A stretch of DNA of 63,971 bases, the filler included, from Octopus bimaculoides (Eukaryota), in assembly GCF_001194135.2 (NCBI RefSeq). It is 6 parts of 5 records of this genome, joined end to end, with 100 filler letters (N's around TTAATTAATTAA, not from the genome) between each part and the next. Parts side by side here need not be neighbours in the genome. Positions count along the whole stretch, not along the records: positions 29,383 to 57,689 come from NC_068985.1; 5 more parts are not named here. One strand, written 5' to 3'. Positions 40,530-53,600 of the stretch are shown in pieces. The translations under genes and the position numbers were made by a program. Every line of letters starts with the position of its first letter. The first letter of the stretch is position 1. Under the pieces are notes generated by a model. That model was not told where the DNA came from. It saw only the letters and a list, made by a program, of their open reading frames with translations, and searched no databases.

Positions 40530-41100
40530 AAAAGAGGAGAGAATACTGAACAAGATCAACGAGAAGCTGTTGGAACAGCCTTGGCCATACCCGAGCAGAA
40601 TTAATGAGATGGAAGAGAGTTCCAAATCAGGCAGTTCAAGGAAAAAAGCTATGACTGCAGAAAGACTTCCTTATTTGTGGAAGCACAACAGCATTGAGAT
40701 AAAGACGCTGTGAGTTGGCACAAAGTGATCTGGAAATTAGTGAGAAAGTTTATCAGAGCACTTCCCATAGTAATAACAATAGAAAACATCGAGATTGACA
40801 TCACATCAATGTGACATAGTTGCAGAATTGAAATAAGAGAGGGAACCAATCAAATTAGAGACTTGCCTGTGAACCCAGTCAAGGAGATCCCAATGATGAG
40901 ATGGGGCATCTGCCCAAATATGACAACAGCATTCTATACCAGAACAAATAGTCAATTTATAAAGATACAAAATGGCCTCAGATGTGAGGTAGTCCTTTGA
41001 CCCATACAATGATGCAACCTTACAGATGCAGACCTGCAAATTGACTGTATGTAATAAGCTCAAAAAAGATAGGTGAGAATGTAGGATCAAGCAATTTTAA
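40530..41100 (-). mobile_element. CR1/L2-like LINE 3' fragment
   Basis: LTSEAILYLYK…IECCCHIWADAP…LLDWV.RQVSNLIG, then YYYGKCSDKL and SFFP*TA, typical of RT C-termini in this group. Confidence 0.75.
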
Positions 41101-44100
41101 AGAAGACTTTTCCTCAAGTGGTTAGACTGTCTCACCATGTAATACCTCAGACCTATTACTCATGTAAATGGAAGGGAGCGAGGGATCCTGCTTCCTACTG
41201 AGAGACAGGAGTTGGATCTTACCAAATATATATGTATATATACATGAGTTTGGTCTTACCATATAGATATATACAATGTATGTTTTTATATGTATGTGTC
41301 TATATGTCTTTGTGTGTCCCCTGCCACTGCTTGACAACTAGTGATGGTTTGCTTAAATTCCCATAATTTAGTGGACCTAGCAAAAGAGACAGATATAATA
41401 AATACCAGGTTACTAGGGTCAATTTGTTCCTAAACCCTTCAAGGTGGTGTCCTAGCATGCTCAAGGTCCAATGACTGAAACAAACAAAAGGTAAAAGATA
41501 AAGAAACATGTTCTATTGGATTAAGATCAGGGTTTTGGACAACCAATTTCAGATATTTGATTACATGAGTTCTTTTCTAAGCTTCGGATACTTTGTTTGC
41601 ACGGTATGCAGTGCCATCTTTTTCAAAAAGCAGTGATCTTCTTATCAACTCCTGTATCGGAATAGCTGGTTAGTAGACCCTTTTCTAGTATGAAAAATAC
41701 AGGCCCCCTTGCATATAGCCTCATCCCTTGCAATCCCCTCTCTAATTGAACATCCCTAATCTTGTAGGCTCATAAGTGCTGGTGCCACATAAAAAGCACC
41801 CATACTGGTGCTGTGTAAAAGCACCCAGTACACTCTGTAAAGTGGTTGGTGTTGGGAAGGGCATCCAGCCATAGAAACCATGCTAAAACAGCCCTTCAGC
41901 TGGTCAGCTTCTGTCAAACCGTCCAACCCATGCCAGCATGGAAGACAGACATTAAATGATGATGATGATGATGATGTGACACTATTTTGGACCACTCAAA
42001 TGATTTTCAACAAAAATTAACTTTGATTTGCCTGTCACCCAAATTGACTCCACCCACTCACAAATACCATAATTGTTACTCCTCCATGCTCTGTTCCTTG
42101 CAAATCATCAGCCTTAGATTAGAAAATTAACTGAATTTGTTTTTTTCAGACCATACTATTAACAACCAAAGTTTATCTTCTATTTTGCAAAACTCTTTGA
42201 TCCAATTGAACTTTCAGGTCTTAGTGAGTTTTGAAATCATTGGTTTCTTTCTTGCAACTCTTCATTTGTATCCAAGCTATCGTCACTATTGTTCTTTGGC
42301 AATTTGGTGACATATACATAGAGTTTTTAACCTTTCTCTCTGCCTTCTATTCTCTCAGAAACTTTATACAGCCTCTACATACACACACACATGTGTGTGT
42401 GAGAGAGAGTGTGTGTGCAGTTACGTGTATGTGCATGCATGCGCATGTGTATGTATATATAGATATACATATCTGTATGTGTGTGTATGTGTATGTATCT
42501 ATTTATGTATATACATATATACAACACACTTTCAGTTTCTGTCGACCAAATCCAATCACAAGGCTCAGAAGACACTTGTCCAAGATGTTGAACGGTGGGA
42601 CTGAACTCAAGCCCACATGGTCAGCAAGCATGCTATTAACTACACAACCATGCCTACATACATATTTATATATATATATTTAGAGAGTTAAGTAGATAGA
42701 TAGATACTGTGTATACCTATGCACACACACTCACTCAATCACACACACACACACACACACATCCTGGAACTCATTGTTCCCAACGAATCATGATTTGAAA
42801 ACAAAAATCCTGTGTTCCTGGTTATCTCGTGGGAACAGACACCAACTTTTATTTTGTCTTTTCTTAATTTTTTGACTGTATCATAAATATGGCTTTTGGC
42901 AACAGAATATGAGAATCTTGAACATAAACATTTATTTCATAAAAAAAGAAAACTTGTATAAAAAATTTTATCATCATCATCATCACCTTTTTGCATCCTC
43001 TTTCCAAGCTGGTATCAGCTGGACAAGTCATTGCTGCTTTGAATAAGTGAGAGGACTACATCTCACTTGTAAGTTTTATTTTTGGTTTGATTTCTGTGAG
43101 TGGATGCCTTCCTGACACTAACCAATTTACATAGTGTTTTTATGAGGAATATGTCCCTGGTTTTAGTAAAGAAATATGTATACCATTGTATTATATATTT
43201 TGTGTGTTCATCTGTATAAGCAACAAAAGAAACCATCTTTAAAATAACATTGGGACTTTATTCCTTCTTAAAGTGGTACAGTGGATCAAAACAAGAAATA
43301 TTGCAAGTTTGTTATTGAGGTTGTTGTTCGTCCATCATTTTGTTAATTCAGCTTGAATCATCATTGGATGCATGGGCTCCGTTATATATCAATTCTCCTC
43401 TGAAATGGCAGGGTCTGCAAAACTCACCTCAATGAAAAGCTCTTGCCCCTCTGACTCATAAATAATTTGTCGCACCAATTTATGGAAAAAAGCAGGCTCC
43501 AGGACACATACAGGATTAGTCATTTGAAAGATATTATGTGCAACATGATTGGACCTTCAATCCAATCCTGCATGACACTCAACTGACCACAGGGCTCAAT
43601 AACTCATATGATAAGTATTTTAACCAATCACAACAAATGGGCATGGTGAGCTTATATAAACCAATCTTAATGTTCTTAAATATGCAATAATACAAATTGG
43701 TCTCGCTACGGTGTATTGAATGTATTTTTTCATGGTGCTAGCACTAGAGATATTGCCATGCCTTCAACAAGACATTTAACAGAATGCACTGGTTGCATTT
43801 TATCATGGAGCCAGTATTAGAGAGAATAGAGACAAGATGATGATGGATAACAAGAGAGGGATAAATGGCTAGAGTGAGGAATAGATGTCAGTGCCTAATA
43901 GCCAGTGAGAGTAGAAAGTGTGTAGGGTGTAGATGCTTATCCGATGCGGTCCTGAATGTATATGCATGAAAATGGATGAGAGAGATAAGATCATAAGGAC
44001 GAGAGAGAGAGAGAGAATTGGAGTAATGTTAGAGTGTTGGGGAGAGAGTCAGACAGTTGCAGTGGCATTCCTAATTACACTAGGAGCAATGGATGGTGAA

Positions 44101-45854
44101 CAGGAAGCATCCACCACCATCCTTAGCTACACCAGCTACATAGTGTGGTGAGTTAAGGAGAAAGAGTGATTGACAGATGGACAAAACAACATGAGCGAAA
44201 TAGCAATAAAGCAAAAGAAACTGTTAGGTAACTAAGTTGCACTCAACCGCATACATACAGTTATACATATATACCTACAGACAGACAATTTTAATTTTAC
44301 AATTTCTGGGTTTGTGAACTTGCGAGAAATTGGAATGTCCTTATTGAATGTGGGCCTTAAGGGACATACGACTGTTTTGTAGCAGATAAATCAACTACAT
44401 AGAAGTTTCCTTCCTGTCTTCTCTTTTAATGTATAGAACGTGTTCGTGTTGTTGTTTACTTAGGATTGGCTGGTGAGTAATACACAGCGTGTATCGAGCC
44501 AACGAGGAAGCTTCGACGTGGTCGCATTTGATAATGAAGTCCTAGATGTTTCTAAGATAACGTCATAGTTAGAACACCTTTGATCATTTTCCGGCTCAAT
44601 CAGGCATTGACCTGAAGCTAATCAACAAGTGTTTAAACGGATAAAAATTGTTTACATGAAAATAAATTATGTGTCAAGGGACATAACACATTATAGGCCA
44701 GTTTATCTCCCTTACATTATGTTAGAGTGTGGCTAGGTTATTCTTAATTCCATTCAGGCCTTGTGCCTATAGTAGAAAGGATTTAAATTCTACTGATTTT
44801 TTTTCTCTCCAAACGAACACACTCTTTCAAAATAAATTTCTTCCTAGCCCTCGTCGATCTGACTAATAATCAAAAGTATTCTTGATGTAATTATCCTATC
44901 ATATTTTCACATACACTCTATCTAAAATTACATTTCCCTAAGTCTTTAAGATAAGGTAATGATATTGAGGGAGATTTGGCTCTGAGGTTACTCCGTTGGT
45001 TTGTCTCGTATCACCGTATTCCTACAGGCTTAATCGCAGAAACATAATACTTTGTACCCACCGCTTCTCACTAACATGCAAATCCCAAATCTCATTTCTG
45101 TCTAAGTCACGATTTCCTTACCTTCTATACTCCATTAAACATTTCAGTTGTACACTGCTCTCTCTCTCTCTCTCTCTACTCTGTTCTCGGCCCTTTAGAG
45201 AGACTCAAAAGGGAGAGATGAAGGTAGATAGCTTTAAACAGAAGCTGCTTTGCAACTTGCATACTTGCAACAGAGTGGACCTCCGCTAAAGGAGTCCAAG
45301 GTGTCATATGGTGGTGTTAAATCGAAGGCCATATTGTCTATCACTCAAGAAGGCGGCGACAGGATTCGAGCTCAAGACATAAAGGACTGGAACAATACCA
45401 TAATGAATCCTGTCTGATATTTTTACAGTTCTGAAAGTGATGAAAGACAAAGCTGAGTTCGGCAGGATTTAAACTTAAAATACCGAATGTCAGAACAAAC
45501 ATCGACGTTCTATTAATTCTACCTACACTCGATACTTTAATTTCTTTCTAAAAGGCAGTATCAACGCTTACATGCAATCCACTATTTCTTCCACTTTAAG
45601 GCGGGGGATTGACTTAATCACTCGAGTGTCGGTCAAAATACCTGGCGTTATTCCTCTAATTTCTGTGTTCAAATCCCGCAGAGGTCACCTTTGCCTTTTA
45701 ATTTTCCAGATTCAAAAATATAAAGTACAAGGCATGAACTGGAGACGATTTAGGCGATTAACTCTTCTGCTTCAGTGACATTATCTCAAAGTCTCTCTTC
45801 CTCATTCCTATAAACTCATCTGCTCTCTCTAGCGAACTCCATCAGTTTTTTTAA

Positions 45855-46051
45855 TTCTTTTATTTGTTTCAGTCATTTGACTGCGGCCATGCTGGAGCAC
45901 CGCCTTTAGTCGAATCGACTCGACCCCAGGACTTATTCTTTGTAAGAATTTGTACTTATTCTATCGGTCTCTTTTGTCGAACCGCTAAGTTACAGGGACC
46001 TAAACACACCAACATCGGTTGTCAAGCGATGTTGGGGGGACAAACACAGAT

Positions 46052-46082
<31 letters not shown>

Positions 46083-46228
46083 CATATATACGACGGGCTT
46101 CTTTCAGTTTCCGTCTACCAAATCCACTCACAAGGCTTTGGTCGGCCCGAGGCTATAGTAGAAGACTGAACCCGGAACCATGTGGTTGGTAAGCAAGCTA
46201 CTTACCACACAGTCACTCCTGCGCCTGC
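45855..46228 (-). mobile_element. SINE family A, young copy
   Basis: Full length and highly similar to the copy at 60345-60740. Confidence 0.88.
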
Positions 46229-47059
46229 AGTTGTTTAACCGTCAACAAAAAAGCGTACATATTGAAAAAGAGTTTTGAACCTTTTCGGTAAAGATCCAAG
46301 TTTTCCTCCAAATTATGTGGTCTTGTGTTTAATCTTACTGTGCGGTACTTTGGGCAAGTGTCTTCTAGTATAGCTCTGGGTCGACAAAACCCTGTGAGTG
46401 GATTTGAAAGGTGGAAACTGAAAGAAGCCCGTCGATTGTATGTATGTACGTATGAATATACGTACGTATGTATATATCTTCTTTTTTTTCCGTTTTAATT
46501 TTAGAGTAAATTTTGACTAGCCACCTACTTGGTAGAAAGGTTGTAAAAGAAAGTATCTTCTTTTAAACATCATCCTTTAAATCGTAAGGTCTTGCAGATT
46601 TTCATAGTCCCAAATATTGTGATTATTTGTAGCCTATCTATCTATCTATCTATCTATCTATCTGTCAGTCATTATTCAGTTTATTTCAAGATTTCTTGCC
46701 AATAGAGAAAGAACAGGTTTCTAACCGAGATCCAAGGCTCCCTCGTTGGAATTTCAACAATAACAGGGTATTTTTGTATGTTCCCACCACCCCTTGACAA
46801 CGGGTGTTGGTTTGTTTCTGTTCCTGTAACTTAGTAGTTCAGCATAAGTAGGCGATATAATACCAGAATTTAAAAAATAAGTACTGGGATAGATTCGTTC
46901 GACTAAACCCTTCAAAGTGGTACCCGTGCATAGTAACAGTCCAATGAATGAAACAAGTAAAAGATAAAAGGAAGATAAAATTTGAGATTAATTTTGGTTT
47001 TACCGCTGGGAGGAAGAAGCGAGTAAACTGCAAAATGTGTAATTAAACACCAAACGTCT

Positions 47060-47110
47060 ATAATATAAAAACATCAGCGCCTCTGCCTGGCAGTCACCTG
47101 CGGTAACACC
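47060..47110 (+). other. Putative non-coding first exon of BBS2 (5' boundary approximate)
   Basis: Consensus donor gtaagt at 47111. The BBS2 ATG exon begins at an acceptor (50018) and needs an upstream exon. Confidence 0.45.
47093..47107 (+). promoter_or_regulatory. RFX X-box, probable BBS2 promoter element
   Basis: GTCACC-TGC-GGTAAC fits GTNRCC(N0-3)RGYAAC. It lies in a CpG-containing unique patch, followed 3 nt later by a donor ACC|gtaagt (47111). Confidence 0.6.
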
Positions 47111-48049
47111 GTAAGTGCTTTCGGAAGTGTTTATAAAAAATGTTTTAGAGGTTGAACAACTTTTCCTTGGCCTCCTGAGTAATTAAATGAATGTGTGCCT
47201 CTATTTTACTGATCTTTTTTTTTTTTCTCTTGTTTCTTTTTACTTCTGAATGTTCTTAATCTTTACTTTTGTAAATTATGTTGTTTTCATTGAATTATAG
47301 CAAATAAAATATCAGTTTTACTACAAAAAAATTATATTTAAATGTAAAAAGGAGGAAAACAGGTTTATTTTCCAGAAATCAAATGCTGAAGTAATATTTT
47401 GATTTTTAACAAATGAAATCTTTAAATTGTATTCGCTCCGTGGCTGGTTAGCGATAACTTTAGCTTGGCTAACAACGCGTCGTTTGTTGCTGTAAAGAAA
47501 TGTCAACGTGCTTTCAGTACACAAAATAATTTAATGATACCGAAATGTAATTGCACAAAATAGCATCAGGTGACGTATATTTTATAATATCGAAATCATT
47601 TTACTCTATCATAGTCATATTTGAACTTTTACCCGCATTGACTATTACTGTTGTTGTCGTTGTGGAGCCTAAACCAGCCATGACCGAACTGACCCATGAT
47701 CAAAGGCGTTCCAGTTGTGACTTTTCCGTCTCTTTTTTCTTTTTCTTTTTTTTTTTACTATAGACTTAGTGTATAAACAACTACATTACACAATATGGTT
47801 TTCCTTTTCAAATATGTTAAAGTGTGATTTTGCGGGGAATTAAAGTTCGACTGATCACGTAGAGGTTTTGTCATTGGCTCTGGAATAATGTTTTGGTTTT
47901 CAATAAGGGATACGATGCTTAGGAAATCCCACCCCCAATTCTCTCTCTCCCTCCCTCCCTCTTACACACACACACACACACATACCTATACTGAAAAAAC
48001 TTTCGTGCAGCTAGGAAAAGTAAATTCCTTTTTCACGAAAATTTGCTCG

Positions 48050-49870
48050 TTATTTCCCCAAATGCTAACGAACAATACTTCGATTAGGAATACCCCGCTT
48101 TACGTGAGAAATGCGCTCCTGGAAAACTTGTAGCACAAGATTCCGTAATTCAAAATTAATTTCCTATTGATTTTCAAGTTGTAAAGTGATAACAGTTTTT
48201 AAGAAACAAAATAGCAAAGTAAACTACACAATCACTTTTTATTTGCATGAAAACACAATTTTTTAATATACACTGTACAATATGTTAACATAAAAACATT
48301 TCAAGAAATACATTTGGGATAAATAAGAATCGTAATAGAATACAATTTTACATCAAAAGATGTTGACAGCTGAGGGATGGTGGTGGTGGTGGAATGAAAG
48401 TTACTGAGATAATGAAGGATACTGTCTTCTATCTTCTAGTTTAACATCTAAAGGAAAAAACTTATCCGAATTTGTTGTTGATATACAACTCGTTGTAGGA
48501 ACTGAACTTATTGTAAACACCTCTTCTAATTCAATCACGAGTTACTTTGTCATGTCATCCACTGTTTTTTTTTTCAAACACTACACCATTTGTAAGGGCC
48601 ATCAGATTTTTCTGAATTTGATGTAGACTTTCTGCTTGTAGAAAACTTGTAAAATCACAGATACAGTCTTACAATGAAGTTTTTCAAGCACCATTCAAAG
48701 TTGAAGATTTTATTTTATTTCATAACATAATTGTGTTATCCACAGCATACATTTTGTTGAACTTCTTGCAGAAGTCTCTAACTGTAGATTTATTCTTCAT
48801 GTCAATTAGTTTCATAAGTTGTGTGAAAGCTCTTCTCAGATAATATATTTTGATGTTAGTTATCACAACTTGTCTAAAATGAGCTGTGATTTGTTGGAAA
48901 TATTATGCCTGTAAACCACTCCTTGAGAAGGCTCTTAGTTATCCATGTGTTCTTATTTGAATCTCAAAGCAGAGATAAATTAAACTTTGTGTAACCCTTG
49001 AAAGCCCTTGGATTTTCAGGGCTTTAATTTCATATCACGTTTTACATTTCCTCCCCAAGGTGTCAGATGCTTTTAGGAAGCTTAAATTCCTAGTGTTGAC
49101 TTTTCTTCTTGAGAAATAAATGTTCTAGTAGGCATGTGCTTCCAGAAAAATACAGTTTCATCAACACTGTATTCTTGCTCTGGTATAGGGGTGGCGAGCT
49201 GGCAGAAACGTTAGCACGCCGGGCGAAATGCTTAGTGGTATTTCATCTGTTTTTAAGTTCTGAGTTCAAATTCCACAGAGGTCAGCTTTTCTTTTCATCC
49301 TTTCAGGATTGATAAATGAAGTACCAGTTGCATACTGGGGTCGATCTAATCGATTGGCCCCCACCCCAAAAATTTTTGGCCTTGTGTCTGATTCTTGCTC
49401 TGGTATGTAGCCCTCTTTTTTTTATTCAACTACCCTAGAATAATTGTTAGCAGTCTCTGGATTAGCGCTGACAGCTTCACTTGTTATTTTTGTGTTGTGC
49501 AAATTCAAGTACTTCTTAAACATTTCAAACCAGCCTTTACTAACCTTTAGAAGTTTCACTTTCCTTTTTCTGCAAGTCAACATACCAACTTTAGGCTTTT
49601 TTTAATTACCTTTATGCTTATCAGTACGTTACCTTGGATATGAACCATAGTTCATACACCCAAGAGCCTTTCCATTATAATAATCACATTAGAGCTATGA
49701 AAATGTAAGACCCAATCGATTAAGGGAGTGGTTTTATTAGCACTTGATTTAATTTTCTCTCCATTGTTACCACTGTAGACATTGCAAGCTCTAATGTTTT
49801 GGCAGTGTGGGTGATTTGGCAAAAGAGTGGTTTCCCATGGAAAGAAGTGTTGATACCTGAGAATATTAGT
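48050..49870 (-). mobile_element. Decayed pogo/Tigger transposase (boundaries approximate)
   Basis: CENP-B-like MERLLGV…KGWFEMFKKYLNLHNTKITSEAVSAN (49430-49680) and DDE-region VITNIKIYYLRRAFTQL…VRDFCKKFNKMYAVDN (48720-48900). Confidence 0.7.
49187..49390 (+). mobile_element. SINE family B with perfect 16-bp TSD
   Basis: attcttgctctggtat at 49171-49186 and 49391-49406. Confidence 0.88.
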
Positions 49871-50039
49871 CTTCACAGATGAGGTGATACAAGGTGCAGA
49901 CAAGTAAAGATATGCTGTGTTGTAGATTATGCTCATGGTGATGGTGGTGGTAGTGGTGATGTTTTCCCATTAAATATCCTTGGAAAAGATATTAATCATT
50001 TATATTATTTATTCACAGATCCAATATTTGTGTCACAAA

Positions 50040-50156
50040 ATGTTGGTTCCTGTATTCTCTCTGAAGTTGAACCTAAAGATCCGGCCTCGTCTGGTAACTA
50101 TTGGCAATTACTTTGGAAACTACCCAGCATTAACTTGTGCCACAAGTGGAGGAAAG
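50040..50156 (+). CDS. BBS2: Bardet-Biedl syndrome 2 protein, first coding exon (MLVPVFSLKLNLKIRPRLVTIGNYFGNYPALTCATSGGK)
   Basis: Translation matches the BBS2 N-terminus as I recall it (human [39 protein letters not shown]). 39 codons end at a phase-0 donor AAG|gtaact. An acceptor (ttattcacag|, exon start 50019) precedes the ATG, implying an upstream UTR exon. Confidence 0.93.
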
Positions 50157-50307
50157 GTAACTATAAACATATTGTTTACAGATGATCATATTCTCAACTC
50201 ATTATATTATAAAGTTCATGTTGAATGGGACTTCAAGTTTTGCATAACAACTTATTCCACCATGCACTTTACAATAAATTTAACTCTTTTATTATTGAGT
50301 CACCTCA

Positions 50308-50505
50308 AGGCAGCAAGCTGGTGGAATTGTTAGCATGCCAGGCAAAATGCTTTGTGGAATTTCATCTGTCTTTACATTCTGATTTCAAAATTCAATCATC
50401 CTTTCATGGTCGATAAAATAAGTACCAGTTAAGTACTGAGGTCAGAGTAATCAATTTACACCCTCCCCCAAAATTGCTGGCCTTGTGCTAAAATTTGAAA
50501 CCATA
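50308..50505 (+). mobile_element. SINE family B with 14-bp TSD
   Basis: attgagtcacctca at 50294-50307 and 50506-50519. Confidence 0.85.
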
Positions 50506-50619
50506 ATTGAGTCACCTCATCAGTAAATGTTCCATTATTGTTCTTAAAGCAGCTTTAAAATAATGACCTTAATATAAATGTTTGGTCTTTTGGGGGGGGG
50601 GGGGTATAGGTTTTTATCA

Positions 50620-50997
50620 TTAGACTGGCCATGCTGGGATACCACGTTGAGGAATTTGTAGTTGAATGAATCAACCCCAGTACTTGTCTTTTAAAGCCTG
50701 ATGTTTATTCTTTCAGTCTCTTTTACCAAACTGCTTAGTTACAGAGACATAAACACACCAACACTGGTTGTCAAGCAGTGGTGGGGAACAAACACAGACA
50801 CAAAGATGCACACACACACACGCACACACATACACACACATGACGGGCTTCTTCCAGTTTCTGTCTACCAAATCCACTCACAAAGCTTTGATCAGCTCAA
50901 GGCTATAGGAGAAAATACTGACCCAAGGTGCCATGCAGTAGGACTGAATGCAGAACTATGTGGCTGGGAAACAAGCTTCTTACCACACTGCCACAGT
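50620..50997 (-). mobile_element. SINE family A
   Basis: Reverse-complement match to family A across head, microsatellite and tail. Confidence 0.8.
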
Positions 50998-51221
50998 TAC
51001 ATCTATAATACAAAACCACTCCTTAAAAGTTTCTGTGACTTTTGGGAACATTTGCATTATAATTATCCTATCAGACTGGCTAACCAAGACTCTTAAACAC
51101 CCTTCATAGTTTCCAGTTTAACACCACCGCTTCTTCTCTTGGGATCCTTTAGTAGTGTTCACTCTGTTGCAAGTATTTTGATTAGGTCTACAGTTCACTT
51201 CCGGTCCATGTTATTCTTTCT

Positions 51222-51905
51222 TGCCAGGCATGGCTGTGCGGTTTGTAAGCTCACTTTGAAATTAAATGATTTCAGGTTCAGTCTCACAGCATGGCACCTT
51301 GGGCAAGTGTCTTCTACTATAGCTCCTGACTGGCCAATGCTTTTTTGAGTGAATATGGTAGACAGAACTGTTGAAGTCCATTGTGTGTGCGTGTGTGTAT
51401 GTATGTGTGTAAGGGCCCATGGCTTAGTGGTTAGGATGTTGCACTCGCACTCTAGCAATCATGATTTTAATTCCTAGACTGGGTGGTGTGTTGTGTTCTT
51501 GAGCAAAACACTTCATCTCACGTTGCTCTGTGATCACTTCGACACCTGACACATGATACACAGTGCACCTGTTCATACAATGTTGATTTGATGGAGAGAG
51601 TGAGTTAATGTGCGGCACAAACATTTGATCACTATAAACAAACCATTTGTACAGGTCGTTCGGCAAAAGTTGAATGCTCATACATTGTTATCAATGAGAT
51701 TCCATCATATATGTGTGTGTGTATATATGCATATGTATGTGTGTGTCTTTGTTTCTGTGTTTGTCACTCACTTCCTCTGCTTGACAGTTGGTGTTGGTTT
51801 GTTTATGACCTTGTAACTTAACAGTTTAGCAAAAGAAACAGATCTGTTTGACTGAAGTCTTTCAAGATGGTGTCCCAGCCACAGTCCAATGACTGACACA
51901 AATAA
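51222..51905 (+). mobile_element. SINE family A with a different tRNA-SINE (about 51413-51700) nested in its central (TG)n
   Basis: 5' half at 51222-51385, insert head ggcccatggcttagtggttaggatgttgcactc, 3' half at 51735-51905. Confidence 0.72.
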
Positions 51906-52075
51906 AAATGAAAAAAAAAAAAAAGAAAGAAATATAAAGTGAAGAACATAAATTGACTGTAAACAGTAAAAGAATAACAAGCTAGCGCTTATTGTCCTGA
52001 TACCAAATGGGTATATTTTTACTTTTTGCTTAGATGTTAAGAAAATTACTTTTATTTTTGTTTTTTGCTTACTAG

Positions 52076-52294
52076 GTTTTCATTCATACTCCACACAAAG
52101 TACCTGATGTATCAAAGTACGGAAGTCCAAACCCTGGTGGTGAAGTCTCTCTATTGAACATTAACCAGAAGATTTTTTCACTGTGTGCTGGCCACCTGAA
52201 TCCATCACTGGATTATGATGTATTGATGATAGGAACTGAGAACAATCTATTGGCTTATGATGTCTTCAGAAACACTGACCTTTTCTACCGAGAA
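52076..52294 (+). CDS. BBS2: BBS2 second coding exon (VFIHTPHK...[51 protein letters not shown])
   Basis: T-rich tract plus actag| acceptor, 73 open codons and a GAA|gtaagt donor. Matches human VFIHNPH...[51 protein letters not shown]. In phase with exon 1. Confidence 0.95.
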
Positions 52295-52409
52295 GTAAGT
52301 TGTAATTAATTTGTTGTTATTTTCATATGAAATTTGCTTTATTGTGCATACTTTTTTATTGTAAAATCTGGAATCCTAAGATGGCACAGAAATTGAAAAT
52401 TATATTGTT

Positions 52410-52810
52410 TGTCCCCATATTAGAGTTAGTTTTGTTATATGGTGTTGAAACTTGGACCCTCACCAAAAAAACCTTGAAAAATAAATAGACAGCTGCTACA
52501 CAAGAATATTAAGAATGGGTCTAAATATTACATGGAGAGCTCATTTAGCCAACAAGCAACTTCATCAAGATCTACCCAAAGCAACAGAAGATTCAACAGA
52601 GAAGAATGAGGGTTTCTGGTCATTGCATCATGCAACCCAGAAGGACCTGTGTGTCAACTGGTCTTATGGCAATCAGTTGAAGGAACAGTCAACGGAAGAA
52701 AACATCTAACCTATGTGGACAACTTGCTTCAGGACAGCTGAATGGTAAATGTTGATGAATTAAGAACATGCATGGGGCGGGGGGAAGGGCATAATAGATG
52801 GCGTGCTCTG
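52410..52810 (+). mobile_element. Old RTE-like LINE 3' fragment
   Basis: VLLYGVETWTLTKK…GHC…LVLWQ…TYVDNLLQD with stops and frameshifts. Confidence 0.7.
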
Positions 52811-53299
52811 CTCACATGAAATCATTAAAGCATGTGGGAAGATAGCCAAACTAAACTTACGTTTTCTTTAACTTATTGTAGCTTTTCCATGAGTGGATAT
52901 TTTTGTACTGCTTAATCATGGGAGGGAAGGATGGCACTCATTGCCCTATATTTTTTTCAAGGCTTCTACTATTAATAGGAAGAATGGAAAAAGTTATCTC
53001 CAAACTGGAGGCTTGTGCCAGGAAGTGAAGACCAAAGAAAACATGGAAAGAAGTTGTGAAGACTAATCTCAGGATGTGGAACCTCACAAGGAACTGTAAC
53101 ATAACAAATGGTGAGCTGCTGTCCTGCAGAATATGTGAAGAATCTACAGGCATGGTAAAACAGGACTAAAATGATAAGGATGGTGGTGATGATTATAAAA
53201 TGAAGAGATTCTGTGTTGAAACTGTCTCTTCCAGCCATAAAAATAATGAAAACAATGATGACAGTGGTGGTGGTGGTGTGTGTGTGTGTGTATATATAT

Positions 53300-53360
<61 letters not shown>

Positions 53361-53555
53361 CAAAGGTGCAGAAACAATGCACTTCAAAGGTAACATAATC
53401 CATGAATCAGGTACTTCAAATCAGATGGACTGTGTAATAAGAAGTTTGTTTCCCAGTCACATAATTTCAAGTTCAGTTTCAATGCATGGCACTTTGTGCA
53501 AGTGTCTTCTTGTGAGTGGGTTTTGTTGATGGGAATTGAAGGAAGCTCTGTGTGT

Positions 53556-53600
<45 letters not shown>

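Noticed and set aside
43250-43700. Unique-looking sequence with short coding-like frames (…RQIIYESEGQELFIEVSFADP…)
   Set aside because: Multiple stops in all frames. Probably an old transposon remnant that I cannot assign.
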